DNA from: Bdellovibrionota bacterium
Lineage (GTDB): Bacteria; Bdellovibrionota_C; UBA2361; JBGSMV01
Length of the DNA stretch: 64,000 nt
NCBI GenBank assembly: GCA_041739995.1
Contig: JBGSMV010000016.1
Location: 1-64,000, forward strand
Direction: 5' to 3'
Part shown: positions 9,531-19,850 of the stretch, piece by piece
Layout of the letters: the number at the start of each line of letters is the position of its first letter
Position numbering within the stretch: position 1 is the stretch's first letter
The notes under the pieces: model-generated
Database searches by the model: none
Told to the model about the DNA's origin: nothing
Seen by the model: only the letters and a program-made list of their open reading frames with translations
Program-made: the position numbers and the translations under genes

Positions 9531-11024
9531 TTGCATATCGTGAAAATATTCCCTGACAAACTCATCTCTTGTGCTTTGTCGGCGCTCGCCTCCTTGTTTG
9601 TGTTGTTACCGGGTGTTTTCGCGGCACCTGCTCAGAAACTATTGTCCGCGCCATCTGGAGGTTCTGACACTCCGACGGCAACTGAGAGTTTCAGTCCCAC
9701 AGAACGTGCCGATGCCTTGGACGCTGCTTTGTCAGACCGGTCGCAATCGGATGCGATTTCTCGCGCCGTGGCCCTGTTGCCGAGCCCTCCTAGAATGACG
9801 CCTCTCAACATCCAGAGTGCAAACGCACCACAGTTTAGGTCGCTCATACTGCCTGAGTGGTACCCGTTTGTACGAGATGGCGCGATCGAAATACCGGCAT
9901 TTAAGACCTCACAACTTAGTTTTGGAGATGATGCCGATTGGGTTAGCCGGTCCATGCTGAAGAACGAGGAACAGGAAGCAGAGGTTGACCTCAATGTTGG
10001 AGCACTAACCAGAGGTTTTCCTTTTGGAGATACAGCAGCGTTACAACAACTCGACTCAAAGCAATTAGCACAGAGAATGTTATTAAATTTCCAAGCGCGT
10101 GAACTGACCAGCGCTCTGGTGCGTGCGCAATTTCGCATTCAACTTTCGCACGATTACCGCCTGCTGCAAGACGCTCGATTGACGAGGATAAGAGTGGCGC
10201 CTGGTCGCCTCGACGGCGCGCAAGTTAATGATCAGCTCTACAGAGAAATCGCAGAATTGATTTCGCCTGAGGGCCTGAGTGGATTTCGCTATCTTACTTT
10301 TCGCTTCACGGGAAGTGAGGAGGACCTTCTGTGGCTTTACTCGCCGCGTCTCAATAAGGTGCGACAGCTCACCGGCTCCAATCGTGGGGACTCGATTTTT
10401 GGGCTCTCGGTCTCTTTGGATGACCTGATGCCGTACTCCGAAAAAACAGAACTCATCGATGTGCAGGAGAGCGAATCGCTCGTCGGGCTTGTGCCCGTTG
10501 CTGATGATACCGTCCAGAGCTTGTCGTCGAAACTGGAGGGTTGTTTACGGACAGACGGAGCTACTGGAGTCGAAGCGATCATTCCCCAAGCGCAGCCAGT
10601 TTCTGCGGATCAGACACTCAGTGAGTTTTCTCGCAGCACGCTTTCCAGCGGGTTTCCTTCGTCGGTTGTTTTTGTTCCCAGGCCACTGCGAAAAATTTAT
10701 CTCAACCCGCGAGATCCGTTTTCTCCGAACGGAAGAATGATAATTTACATCGACGAACAGCTACAGATGCCTGTGGCCAAGGTAGTGTTTGATCGAACCG
10801 GACAACTGTCGCGGTTGGTGCTGGGCGCACTCGCCATCTCTGAAACAAAGGATGGCATGCGCCGCGAGCCTTACTTCAAGTATGCATCCCTCATCGAAAT
10901 CAAGTCGGGAGCGAGGGTAACTCTTGAGACTGAGTCTTATGAGATGTGTGATGCCTTACCCAAGGGCATGTCGCTTACCGCCTTCGATCCCTCGAATCTC
11001 GCTCCACAGCGCCCGGCCGAATAG
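9531..11024 (+). CDS. Exported DUF1329 / LolA-like (lipoprotein-sorting) family protein
   Basis: Signal peptide; DLLWLYSPRLNKVRQL..SNRGDSIFG..S.DD and YID......K..FDR.G motifs. Confidence 0.65.
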   Translation: MHIVKIFPDKLISCALSALASLFVLLPGVFAAPAQKLLSAPSGGSDTPTATESFSPTERADALDAALSDRSQSDAISRAVALLPSPPRMTPLNIQSANAPQFRSLILPEWYPFVRDGAIEIPAFKTSQLSFGDDADWVSRSMLKNEEQEAEVDLNVGALTRGFPFGDTAALQQLDSKQLAQRMLLNFQARELTSALVRAQFRIQLSHDYRLLQDARLTRIRVAPGRLDGAQVNDQLYREIAELISPEGLSGFRYLTFRFTGSEEDLLWLYSPRLNKVRQLTGSNRGDSIFGLSVSLDDLMPYSEKTELIDVQESESLVGLVPVADDTVQSLSSKLEGCLRTDGATGVEAIIPQAQPVSADQTLSEFSRSTLSSGFPSSVVFVPRPLRKIYLNPRDPFSPNGRMIIYIDEQLQMPVAKVVFDRTGQLSRLVLGALAISETKDGMRREPYFKYASLIEIKSGARVTLETESYEMCDALPKGMSLTAFDPSNLAPQRPAE

Positions 11025-11148
11025 AGTAATGGTCATCCTCTGATTCGCAAGAAGTACGGTGCTCAAGTTCGGATGCACTCATGGTCGGCTGCTTGGAAGG
11101 GCGGAATGAAAAGCAAGGCCGGTGTTGCCCTCTTCGAATGCTGCCGAA

Positions 11149-11592
11149 TTACTTAACGCGGCGTAGGGTAGGGCGCGCCTTGTTTTTTGTGGAAGGCGGC
11201 GCCTCGGAAGGAGGATTCTCAGGCACGTCTTTAGAGCTTGCTATCGCTACTTCTGCCTGTGGAGAAAGTTTAAGTTCTTGTTGTAATTCAGGTGGAAGTT
11301 CATCTGGCCAGATCAGCCGCTTGTCATCGATCGAGGACATTCCCCAGATTGCGGGCCATGGAATCTTACATGGAAAAATTCGATCCCCGAACCTAAGTTC
11401 GGCAGTTACTCGATCATCATCCAGCGTCATCTTTCCTTCAAAATTGAAACTGACCTTCAAGGTAATCACTGGGGACTGCATGACATCAAGTGGCAGTATC
11501 GCGCCCTCGACTTGGGGTCTTACGTGCAGAAAAGCATAGTCATGCTTCAGAAATTCTTCGAGTATGAGACGTTTTTCTTTTGAACGATTCAC
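11149..11592 (-). CDS. sspB: SspB-like ClpXP adaptor
   Basis: L.F....F.C.IPW.AIW and terminal RPTLRRVK ClpX-binding-type tail. Start at GTG 11592 is inferred. Confidence 0.75.
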   Translation of the reverse strand: MNRSKEKRLILEEFLKHDYAFLHVRPQVEGAILPLDVMQSPVITLKVSFNFEGKMTLDDDRVTAELRFGDRIFPCKIPWPAIWGMSSIDDKRLIWPDELPPELQQELKLSPQAEVAIASSKDVPENPPSEAPPSTKNKARPTLRRVK

Positions 11593-11882
11593 TGAGGTCC
11601 TTACACACTCAATTCCTCCAGTAGCAGCAGTAAAATATGGGATCATCAATGTAAGGATGCAAGTTGGGCCCTCTCTCAAGGAGAAGCCCGATTGAGCATC
11701 CACGAAAAACGACTGACCAGAACCCCACGTGTCATCGGGTTGTTGCGTGGAGCGGGGCTACTATTTGGATAGCCATTGGATAGCCGTGGCGGAGCGAATC
11801 ACGGAGGACCCGGTGAACAATTACTAATAGATACAAGGCATTAGGCGTTAGTCCGCAGAGGTTATGAAGAAAAGGCGTCGAA

Positions 11883-12077
11883 ATGCCGACCCTTTTGGTT
11901 ATGGGGTCTCTCCAAGACATAGCGCCATTTCGTACCCAGGAATCTGGGTCGATTCAGCTTGTAGCGCTCGGGTTTTGTGCCGCGCTGGTGGTGCTACTGG
12001 CAATTCCTCTGATTGAGGCGCTTGTTCCAGAAACCGCCACGAATGAAACTGCGGTGAGCTCTGAGGTAGCTTCTTAG
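11883..12077 (+). CDS. Small single-TM protein, possibly pilin-like
   Basis: QESG followed by a ~22-aa hydrophobic helix. Confidence 0.35.
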   Translation: MPTLLVMGSLQDIAPFRTQESGSIQLVALGFCAALVVLLAIPLIEALVPETATNETAVSSEVAS

Positions 12078-12245
12078 GCAGGAGCTTAAAAAATTCTAGC
12101 GAACTTACGCGCTAGTTTTTTGCGACTCACGGGGCAAATTTGACTTCATTATCGTCTCCTTAAGCTATCGCACGAGCAAACTCCATATAAGACTTTTTCT
12201 TCCTCTCTTTGCGAGAGCTCCTCTCTTACAGTAGCTTCTGTCTCC

Positions 12246-14558
12246 ATGGGAACGGAAGAAAAGGGAATCATTGACGCATCACTGCAACGCGAATCAAAAG
12301 ATCGCTACCTGACCTATGCGCTGAGTGTAGTTACTGGACGTGCACTTCCCGATGTACGCGACGGATTAAAGCCAGTTCAACGCCGAATTCTCTTTTCGAT
12401 GTACAAAGATCTCAGACTTCTCCCTCAGGGAACACACCGAAAGTCTGCTGCTATAGTGGGTAAGGTGTTGGCCAGCTACCACCCACATGGCGACGTGGCT
12501 TGCTACGAATCTATGGTCCGCATGGCGCAAGATTTTTCTCTGCGCTACCCGCTTGTGGATGGGCAGGGAAACTTCGGCTCACTCGATGGCGATAGCGCCG
12601 CGGCCTACCGATATACGGAGGCACGTTTGCGCCATCTCGCCGTTGAGGTGATTGGGGAAATTGACGAAGAAACGGTCGAGTACCGAGATAATTTTGACTC
12701 GACCGAGCGTGAGCCCATAGTTTTCCCGAGTCGAGTGCCTAACCTGCTGATTAATGGCGCGAGTGGAATCGCGGTCGGCATGGCGACCAGCATTCCTCCG
12801 CATAACCTACGCGATACCGTAAAAGCCTTGCTCGAATTGCTCGATGACCCAGAGACCAGCAACGCCAAACTTGCGGGAACGATAAAGGGCCCCGACTTTC
12901 CAACTGGCTGTTTAATTCTCAACTCACGCAAAGAGATAGCAGACATTTACAAAACTGGCCGTGGCTCCATCCGCATGCGCGGAGAATGGACTGAAGAAGA
13001 GACGGCCAGAGGCAAGAAGTACATCGTGGTCACCTCTATTCCCTATGCAGTCAATAAGTCTCAGCTTGTAGAGAAAATCGCCGAATTGATTGTCGAAAGA
13101 AAGGTTCCTCAGTTAGTTGATGTGCGAGACGAATCAACTGCTGAGGTGCGAGTGGTGCTCGAGTTATCTCCCGGCGCCGATCCGCAGGTGGCGATGGCTT
13201 ACGTCTTTAAACACACCAATCTTGAGAGCAACTTCGCGGTAAACCTTACCGCGCTGGTGCCGTCCGGTGGACGTTCGCCCAGACCTGAACTGCTCTCACT
13301 TCGAGACTGTTTGCAGCACTTCTTGAATTTTCGTGAGGAAGTAGTTCAGCTCAAACTCGAATTCGAAAAGCGCAAACTGCTTGAGCGCCTACATATTCTA
13401 GAAGGGCTCATTGCCATTTACGATAGGCTCGACGAGGCGCTGAAAATTGTTCGAAAGAGCGATGGACGCGCGGACTCAGCCAGCAAGTTACAAGCAAGAT
13501 TTAAGCTTTCTGAGCTTCAGTCCTTCGCCGTGGTAGACATGCGCATCTACCAGCTCTCAAGAACCAACATTGATGAGATAGAAGCTGAGTACAAAGAGAA
13601 ATCATCGCGTGTGATGGAAATAGAGATTGTTCTAAAAAGTAAAGCCAAGATTCGAGCGATAGTGAGAGGAGATCTCGAATCCCTCGCCGAGACCTTTGGC
13701 GATAAACGACTTTCTAAATTCGCGACTGAATCCGCAGAAATCGAGTTCAATGCCGAAGACTATGTGGTTCATGAAGATGTCTTCGCTATCGTGACTGCCG
13801 ACGGGTGGATCAAGCGAATTCGTCAGAACAATGAACTAGAGGCCACTAGAATCAGAGAGGGCGACTCCATTTTACGTGCGCATCCACTTTCAACGCATGA
13901 CTCCGTCGTATTTTTTACCACTCGTGGCAACGTCTACTCATTGAAGGTGAGTGACTTTCCGTCGTCTTCTGGTTACGGCGATCCGGTGCAGAAGATTCTC
14001 AAATTCAAAGATGGTGAGCGCATTGTTGAGAGTTTTGGAGTCCTGCAAGGGCAAGATCCCGCAAAGCTCGCCGAATCGCGTCGTGCCGTTAAGGATGGTG
14101 ATCATGTTCTGCTCATCAGTGCTACGGGGGTGGGCTTTATCCATAAGCTTGAAGGCCTTGAGCAGATTAAGCGCAGTGGGAAGCGCGCGATTAAGCTCAG
14201 AGACAAGGATGAGCTGAGCGTGGTGAGCGTGTGTATTCCTGGCACTGACGCAGAAGTATCCTTATTCTCACTCAAGGGCTGCGGTTTGCGTGTGCGCCTA
14301 AAAGAGATTCCTGTTCGGGATAGCGCAGCCGTAGGGGTTGCCCTGCTCAGCGTACGTGATGCCGATAAATGCATCGGAGCAATCTGTCACAAGGGTTCTG
14401 TGAAGATTCAATTGGTGCTGGCAAATAAAAAGACCAAGGATATCGCTTCGTCAGAGATAGTTGCGGGACGTCGGTCGCTCAAAGGAAACAAGGTGGGTGT
14501 TCGTGATGATGTGTTGCGTGTCGAGCCCTTTGTTTCGGCCGAAGCAAAGAAGAAATAG
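12246..14558 (+). CDS. parC: Type IIA topoisomerase A subunit (probably topo IV ParC)
   Basis: [29 protein letters not shown] (catalytic Tyr); no canonical QxRGGKG GyrA box seen. Confidence 0.8.
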   Translation: MGTEEKGIIDASLQRESKDRYLTYALSVVTGRALPDVRDGLKPVQRRILFSMYKDLRLLPQGTHRKSAAIVGKVLASYHPHGDVACYESMVRMAQDFSLRYPLVDGQGNFGSLDGDSAAAYRYTEARLRHLAVEVIGEIDEETVEYRDNFDSTEREPIVFPSRVPNLLINGASGIAVGMATSIPPHNLRDTVKALLELLDDPETSNAKLAGTIKGPDFPTGCLILNSRKEIADIYKTGRGSIRMRGEWTEEETARGKKYIVVTSIPYAVNKSQLVEKIAELIVERKVPQLVDVRDESTAEVRVVLELSPGADPQVAMAYVFKHTNLESNFAVNLTALVPSGGRSPRPELLSLRDCLQHFLNFREEVVQLKLEFEKRKLLERLHILEGLIAIYDRLDEALKIVRKSDGRADSASKLQARFKLSELQSFAVVDMRIYQLSRTNIDEIEAEYKEKSSRVMEIEIVLKSKAKIRAIVRGDLESLAETFGDKRLSKFATESAEIEFNAEDYVVHEDVFAIVTADGWIKRIRQNNELEATRIREGDSILRAHPLSTHDSVVFFTTRGNVYSLKVSDFPSSSGYGDPVQKILKFKDGERIVESFGVLQGQDPAKLAESRRAVKDGDHVLLISATGVGFIHKLEGLEQIKRSGKRAIKLRDKDELSVVSVCIPGTDAEVSLFSLKGCGLRVRLKEIPVRDSAAVGVALLSVRDADKCIGAICHKGSVKIQLVLANKKTKDIASSEIVAGRRSLKGNKVGVRDDVLRVEPFVSAEAKKK

Positions 14559-14591
14559 ACGATAATTCACTAAATCTTAAGTGCAGATCTT

Positions 14592-16520
14592 ATGGCAAAG
14601 AAAGACTACCGCGCAGAAGACATTGAGGTGCTCGAAGGGCTCGAGCCCGTTCGAAGACGGCCGGGCATGTATATCGGGGGGACGGAAGGACCCCAAGGAC
14701 TGCACCACCTTGTTAAGGAAATTCTCGATAACTCTATCGACGAGGCCATGAACGGATTCGCGACAGAAGTGCGACTTACTTTACATACTGGGGACGAAAC
14801 GGTCAGCGTCGAGGATGATGGGCGCGGTATACCGGTCGATTTGCATCCGAAGTTCAAAAAGTCCGCACTTGAGATCGTCTTCACGACTCTGCATGCGGGA
14901 GGAAAATTCTCCGATACTAACTACCAATCGGCTGGTGGGCTACATGGGGTGGGCGCCTCAGTAGTTAACGCCTTATCTGAACAGCTTGATGTGGTGGTTC
15001 AGCGCGATGGGTACGAGTGGTCACAGAGCTTCTCGAGAGGCAAGCCTTTAGCCAAGCTGTCGCGCGGCGCAAAGACCAAAGAGCATGGAACCAAAGTCAC
15101 CTTTCGTGCTGACCCAGATATTTTTCGATCTACAACTTTCCTGAGGGAGCGCCTTGAAGGAATGGCGCAAGAGAAGGCCTTTCTCAATCGCGGTCTGGCG
15201 GTGGTGTTCGTAGACGAAGCTCAGAAAACTGAGAAGCTATTCAAGTATGAAGACGGGCTCAAAGCCTATCTTGCCCACCTTGTTGAAAAGCAGAAGGTAG
15301 AAATCCTTGGAAATGAAGTGTTTGCGCTCGAGCGCTCGGATGGCATTAAGATCGACGTTTCTTTCTGCTGGACTGAGTCGACTTCGGAGAAGGTCGTTTC
15401 GTATGTGAACGGAATACCAACGGCCGAGGGCGGTAGCCACGAAGAAGGCTTTCGAAGCGGCCTTGTAAAGGCAGTCAGAAATTACCTGTCAGTTCACGAT
15501 CTCTTGCCGCGTGGCGTGAAGTTGTCAGGAGAAGATATTCGCGAAGGCCTGCTTGCCGTGTTGTCGGTGAATGTTCCCGGAGCGGTGAGTCAGTTGCAGT
15601 TTCAAGGGCAGACCAAGGACAAGCTCAATAATCCGGAGATTGAAGCGCCTGTTGAGGCACTGCTTCGTACTTTCGAAAATACGCTTAATTCGAAGCCGCA
15701 GTTAGCGGGACAAATAGTAGAGCGCGTATTGTGCGCGGCAAAGGCGCGCGCGGCAGCCAGAATGGCGGCTGAGAATGTCTCGCGAAAAATCGGAGTGAGT
15801 CATCGTCTTAACTTGCCCGGCAAGCTCGCGGATTGTTCATCCAGCAAACCGGGGGACTCTGAGCTATTCATCGTGGAAGGTGATTCAGCGGGTGGTAGCG
15901 CCAAGCAGGGGCGTAGTCGCGAAACCCAGGCAATCTTGCCGTTGCGGGGCAAAGTACTGAACACCATTGCAGCAACTGAGGCGAAACTTAAGGAGAACAG
16001 GGAGCTTTTAGATCTTGTTTCGGTAATCGGGTGTGGTCTTGGGGACAAGATAAATATCGAGCGCATCCGCTACGGCAAAATCGTAATTCTCACCGATGCA
16101 GACGCAGACGGAATGCACATTGCGTCACTACTCATGGCTTTTTTCTTCCGCTTTATGCGTCCACTAATTGACGGGGGACATTTGTATCTCGCTCAGCCCC
16201 CTCTGTATCGCCTGAGATTTGGATCAGGAAAGAAGGAAGAGGAACATTGGGTATATTCTGACCAGGAAAAGGATGCGCTTCTAAAGAAGAAAGGCAAAGT
16301 TGCAGGGCTTCAAATCACGCGCTTTAAAGGTCTTGGAGAAATGAATCCCAGCACTCTATGGGAAACCACGCTTAACCCGAAGACTCGCAGTTTGTTGCGA
16401 ATACGAACTGAAAACGAAGATCAGGTAAAAGAGATGCTTGAAAGTCTGTTCGGGAAGGAGACCGGCGAGCGTTATCGAATGATTCAAGAGAACGCGCACC
16501 GCATTGAGGCAGATATCTAA
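14592..16520 (+). CDS. parE: Type IIA topoisomerase B subunit (probably topo IV ParE)
   Basis: LEGLEPVRRRPGMYIG, EGDSAGGSAKQG, PLRGK, DADADG and RFKGLGEM; 642 aa. Confidence 0.8.
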   Translation: MAKKDYRAEDIEVLEGLEPVRRRPGMYIGGTEGPQGLHHLVKEILDNSIDEAMNGFATEVRLTLHTGDETVSVEDDGRGIPVDLHPKFKKSALEIVFTTLHAGGKFSDTNYQSAGGLHGVGASVVNALSEQLDVVVQRDGYEWSQSFSRGKPLAKLSRGAKTKEHGTKVTFRADPDIFRSTTFLRERLEGMAQEKAFLNRGLAVVFVDEAQKTEKLFKYEDGLKAYLAHLVEKQKVEILGNEVFALERSDGIKIDVSFCWTESTSEKVVSYVNGIPTAEGGSHEEGFRSGLVKAVRNYLSVHDLLPRGVKLSGEDIREGLLAVLSVNVPGAVSQLQFQGQTKDKLNNPEIEAPVEALLRTFENTLNSKPQLAGQIVERVLCAAKARAAARMAAENVSRKIGVSHRLNLPGKLADCSSSKPGDSELFIVEGDSAGGSAKQGRSRETQAILPLRGKVLNTIAATEAKLKENRELLDLVSVIGCGLGDKINIERIRYGKIVILTDADADGMHIASLLMAFFFRFMRPLIDGGHLYLAQPPLYRLRFGSGKKEEEHWVYSDQEKDALLKKKGKVAGLQITRFKGLGEMNPSTLWETTLNPKTRSLLRIRTENEDQVKEMLESLFGKETGERYRMIQENAHRIEADI

Positions 16521-17022
16521 GCCCCTCGTCTGATTTTCTACATTTCGCGCATTTTCGGGCAAATTTTAGCTTTGTTAGAGTTGTGTAAGGACTGGATTCC
16601 TAGTACCTTCCCACTTCCGTTGAAGGTTCAAAGTCTCTGGATTGACGGCGCGCAGCTTTGCCACACGATTGATGAGGGCAAAATTGAGCGCTTTGACTCG
16701 AGAGAACAAACCTTCGATGGTTGACCTTAAGTGGTTAAAATTGAAGCGGTTGTTTTTAGGTGTATCGTGAATCGATAGGCCACTGGCGAGGGTTTTTGAT
16801 CCTCGCAGTTGTTGTCCAAAAAACTTCCAGATGCTCATAAGAGCGTCTCCTCTTCTTACTTCAAAGAAGAAACCGCCGAATAGAAAAACTTTCTTTGCAA
16901 GGCTTGCACCTTGTGGAGTCGTTGTCTTTTCGGTGGTTTCTTCTCGTGAGGCGGTGTAGCCGAAAGAGGGGGTCCTAAAGAGTCCCATCGCATGATGCGG
17001 TGGTCTGGAAGGAGTACTAAGG

Positions 17023-17466
17023 ATGACGAAGTTGCTTGTAAACGAGTTCGATCGGGCGTTGTTGAGGCGAGCAGGCGTTCGAACGGGTAGAGCACGAAAG
17101 CTCTCCCCTGTCGCAGCGCAAGCCGTGCTCTGCGCGGCCGCCGTCGAGGAGATCCCGCTTTTTCGAACTGGTTTTCCGGTCGAGGCGACCTTGGCCAGAA
17201 TTGCTGGCAATCTCGGACTGCAGGTGCTGTGTCGAGACGGGGTCGCTCTTGTGCGGCACGTGAAGATCCGAGGAAAGCGTGACGTGCGGTTCAAACTGCT
17301 CGTGCACAACGTGCAGCGAGTCGTGTTCTTTGGGCCGAAAGGGTTCGAAGAAGCAGAGATTCATCCTCGCGTTCGAGTTGGTGGCCCAGTAGGCCATCAT
17401 CGAGAGATGGCTTTGTCTAAGCCCAGACGGCAGATCCACCGCGCATTTTCGAGTGCTGCGGTGTGA
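17023..17466 (+). CDS. Hypothetical orphan protein (147 aa)
   Basis: SD AAGGAG upstream, many G-starting codons, plus-strand terminator downstream. Confidence 0.5.
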   Translation: MTKLLVNEFDRALLRRAGVRTGRARKLSPVAAQAVLCAAAVEEIPLFRTGFPVEATLARIAGNLGLQVLCRDGVALVRHVKIRGKRDVRFKLLVHNVQRVVFFGPKGFEEAEIHPRVRVGGPVGHHREMALSKPRRQIHRAFSSAAV

Positions 17467-17547
17467 TGGTCATTGATGCGGGTGCTCCCATAGTGCCCCC
17501 TTACCAAGGAGGAGAGGGTGAGGGGTCGTGAAGGGAGTGGAGAGAGG

Positions 17548-17598
17548 CTCACGGGGCGGGGTTTGCAATGGTGCTTACCCCGCCTCGTTGAGTTTTTT
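17548..17598 (+). terminator. Rho-independent terminator
   Basis: ACGGGGCGGGGT/ACCCCGCCTCGT stem followed by TTTTTT. Confidence 0.7.
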
Positions 17599-18138
17599 CT
17601 CGATGACACGATATACACTTAGGTGGTTCGAACTTCGGTTTCGCTTAACGCGTGATTCAAAGTTCTGGATGGTTATCTAGGTTTGTTTCTCTCGACCAAT
17701 TTTCTCCCTTTCTTGCGTATCGCAATCCTGGCTTCTGCGTTGCCGCGCGGCACGCTTCTACTGATGTAAGCGGCCCTCGTGGTACATTCGCCAGATAAGT
17801 ATGGAGCCGAATGAAGGCCGATTCCTTCGCAGATTCGACAAAGTGGGTGGATGTTTGGAACCGAACTCTCGGCCCAGTGCCGGAGCCTTAGAGTGTGGTT
17901 CGAGGCGCTGCATAAGCGCGGAGCCAATTTCTCTGCACGGAGCGCAACCTTATAATTTCCAGTTTGGAGCCGGCAATTTGCGCTCAAACGAGCCTCAAAG
18001 CTGAAACCCCTTGTTTTTCCTCAATAAGATTGAGAGTTTCTCAAGAGGTCCCCCTTGCGAGGGGCGAGGCGACAGCGTTAAGTTAGGTCGATTTTAAACA
18101 AATAGCGCTGATTTAGACCCCGCGCATAGAACATATCC

Positions 18139-19071
18139 ATGGCTAGCAACGACCCAGCCGCACCTAATCAAGCGGCTCAAGAACAGGCAATACTAGCCGA
18201 AGTAGGGCGAACCGCGTTGCGACTTGGCTCCTGTGACCCAGTCTGGCTTAAAGATGGAGTCGCGCCGACTTTTAGCCTCACAGAGAATCCTAAAGCTGAG
18301 AGCCAGACTCCTGGTAGTCCAGGGGTAACTGGTATCGAAGCTAAGAAGCCAGAAATGATTTTGCTACACGGGCTCTTCGGCGCCTTATCGAACTGGGATT
18401 CCACCTTCCCGCTCTTTAGCGCCTTCAGTGAACCCATCGCGCTGCAGTTCCCGATTCTTACTGGCCACCGTTCGGAAGTTAAGGTGAAAGCACTTGCTGC
18501 CTATACCGAATATCTTGTGCGCTTAAGAAAGCTGGGGCCAGTAGCACTTTGTGGTAACTCGCTGGGCGGTCACGTGGCCATGCGTCTTTGTTTGGCATCG
18601 CCCGAACTGGTCGACTGTTTAATCTTGTCAGGAACCTCAGGCCTGTATGAGCACACCGTTGACGCACTCCCCGTTCGTCCGGATGAACGCTTTGTACGTG
18701 AGCATATGGCGCGAGTGTTCTTCGGCAAGCAGTTTGTGACCGAGGATGCCATCAAGGAGGTTCATCAGATTCTTAAGAGTCGCGTAAATGTCCTGAACAT
18801 TATTCATGCAGCGCGCAGTGCCAAGAAAGATAATCTGCAGAAGCTTCTTCCTCAGATTAAAGTACCTACGCTGCTGCTGTGGGGAGAGGATGATAAGGTT
18901 ACCACCATGGACGTGGCGCGACAGTTCAAAGCGCTTCTTCCAAACTCAGAGCTCCACTCAATTAAGAACTGTGGACATGCGCCAATGATTGAGCACCCAG
19001 AATGGTTCTCAGGGCACGTTGAGAGGTTTCTCAAGAAGAACTCGCGATATTATAAAGTTGCTGGTACATAA
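18139..19071 (+). CDS. Alpha/beta-fold hydrolase
   Basis: LLHG, GNSLGG nucleophile elbow, WGEDD and CGHAPMIEHP. Confidence 0.92.
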   Translation: MASNDPAAPNQAAQEQAILAEVGRTALRLGSCDPVWLKDGVAPTFSLTENPKAESQTPGSPGVTGIEAKKPEMILLHGLFGALSNWDSTFPLFSAFSEPIALQFPILTGHRSEVKVKALAAYTEYLVRLRKLGPVALCGNSLGGHVAMRLCLASPELVDCLILSGTSGLYEHTVDALPVRPDERFVREHMARVFFGKQFVTEDAIKEVHQILKSRVNVLNIIHAARSAKKDNLQKLLPQIKVPTLLLWGEDDKVTTMDVARQFKALLPNSELHSIKNCGHAPMIEHPEWFSGHVERFLKKNSRYYKVAGT

Positions 19072-19159
19072 CGGCATGGTTTGGACGTGCAGTCTTTTAG
19101 GAATACAGCCTTTTAGTAGCGCCATTTTTTGTAGCGCAGTCAAAGCAAGGGGAGTCTAG

Positions 19160-19711
19160 ATGGAACGCACTTCCGGTAGCACGAAGTTCCCGCTCGGGTC
19201 CAAGCTTCCTTCGTTTGCATTGCCGAATACCGATGGTCGCGAGGTTGATGACTCTTACCTTCGAGAAGGGAAGATGGCGCTGGTGGTATTCACCTGCAAC
19301 CACTGTCCCTACGTCAAGGGCAGTGAAGCAAAGCTCATCGAGCTGGCAAAGCAGTACGAACCATCGGCTCTTCGAGTGGTTGCGATAAGTTCAAATGACG
19401 CGACCAAGTATCCAGAAGACTCTTTCGAGCTTATGAAGTCTAAAGCTGCTGAGCTCGCGATACCGTATCCATATCTCTATGACGAGTCACAGGACATAGC
19501 GCGTTTGTTCGACGCAGCGTGTACTCCAGAATGCTATCTCTTTGATGCCAGCGGTTCATTGGTTTTTCATGGCGCGATAAATGATAGTCCCAAGAGTGCC
19601 GCCGGTGTGAGCCGCGCCTACCTTGCAAAAGCTTTACAGCAACTTAGCGAGGGGCAGAAACCAGATCCCGCAGAAGCGCATCCGATTGGCTGTTCAATTA
19701 AGTGGAAATAG
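19160..19711 (+). CDS. Thioredoxin-family (AhpC/TSA-like) protein
   Basis: FTCNHCPYV, YLYDESQ, A.CTPE and GCSIKW. Confidence 0.93.
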   Translation: MERTSGSTKFPLGSKLPSFALPNTDGREVDDSYLREGKMALVVFTCNHCPYVKGSEAKLIELAKQYEPSALRVVAISSNDATKYPEDSFELMKSKAAELAIPYPYLYDESQDIARLFDAACTPECYLFDASGSLVFHGAINDSPKSAAGVSRAYLAKALQQLSEGQKPDPAEAHPIGCSIKWK

Positions 19712-19742
19712 AGGGCGTTTGATGAGGGACTCCCAAAAAGGG

Positions 19743-19776
19743 AAAAAAGTTAAGTGGGCGGGGGAGCCCACTTAAC
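19743..19776 (-). terminator. Rho-independent terminator of the candidate sRNA
   Basis: Minus strand GTTAAGTGGGC-TCCCCC-GCCCACTTAAC-TTTTTT. Confidence 0.85.
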
Positions 19777-19840
19777 GAGGAGTCAGGCATTCATTTCCCG
19801 TGTCCCCAGTGTGGAATGACACGGATGAATGAAAGGGTAT
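19743..19840 (-). ncRNA. Candidate sigma54-dependent small RNA (~98 nt)
   Basis: Upstream -24/-12 motif, long 5' hairpin, CCUGACUCCUC linker, 11-bp terminator stem plus U6; no ORF of 60 aa or more. Confidence 0.65.
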
Positions 19841-19850
19841 AGGAGTCTAA

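Noticed and set aside
16950..17010. c-di-GMP riboswitch suggested by a GAAA segment
   Set aside because: Lacks the conserved GGCAAA...GACGCAAA core.
16575..17439. Minus-strand ORFs 16575-17309 and 17017-17439
   Set aside because: Shadow-like composition; the SD and terminator support the plus-strand ORF instead.
17673..18004. Short ORFs on both strands
   Set aside because: No SD, motif or codon bias that favours either strand.
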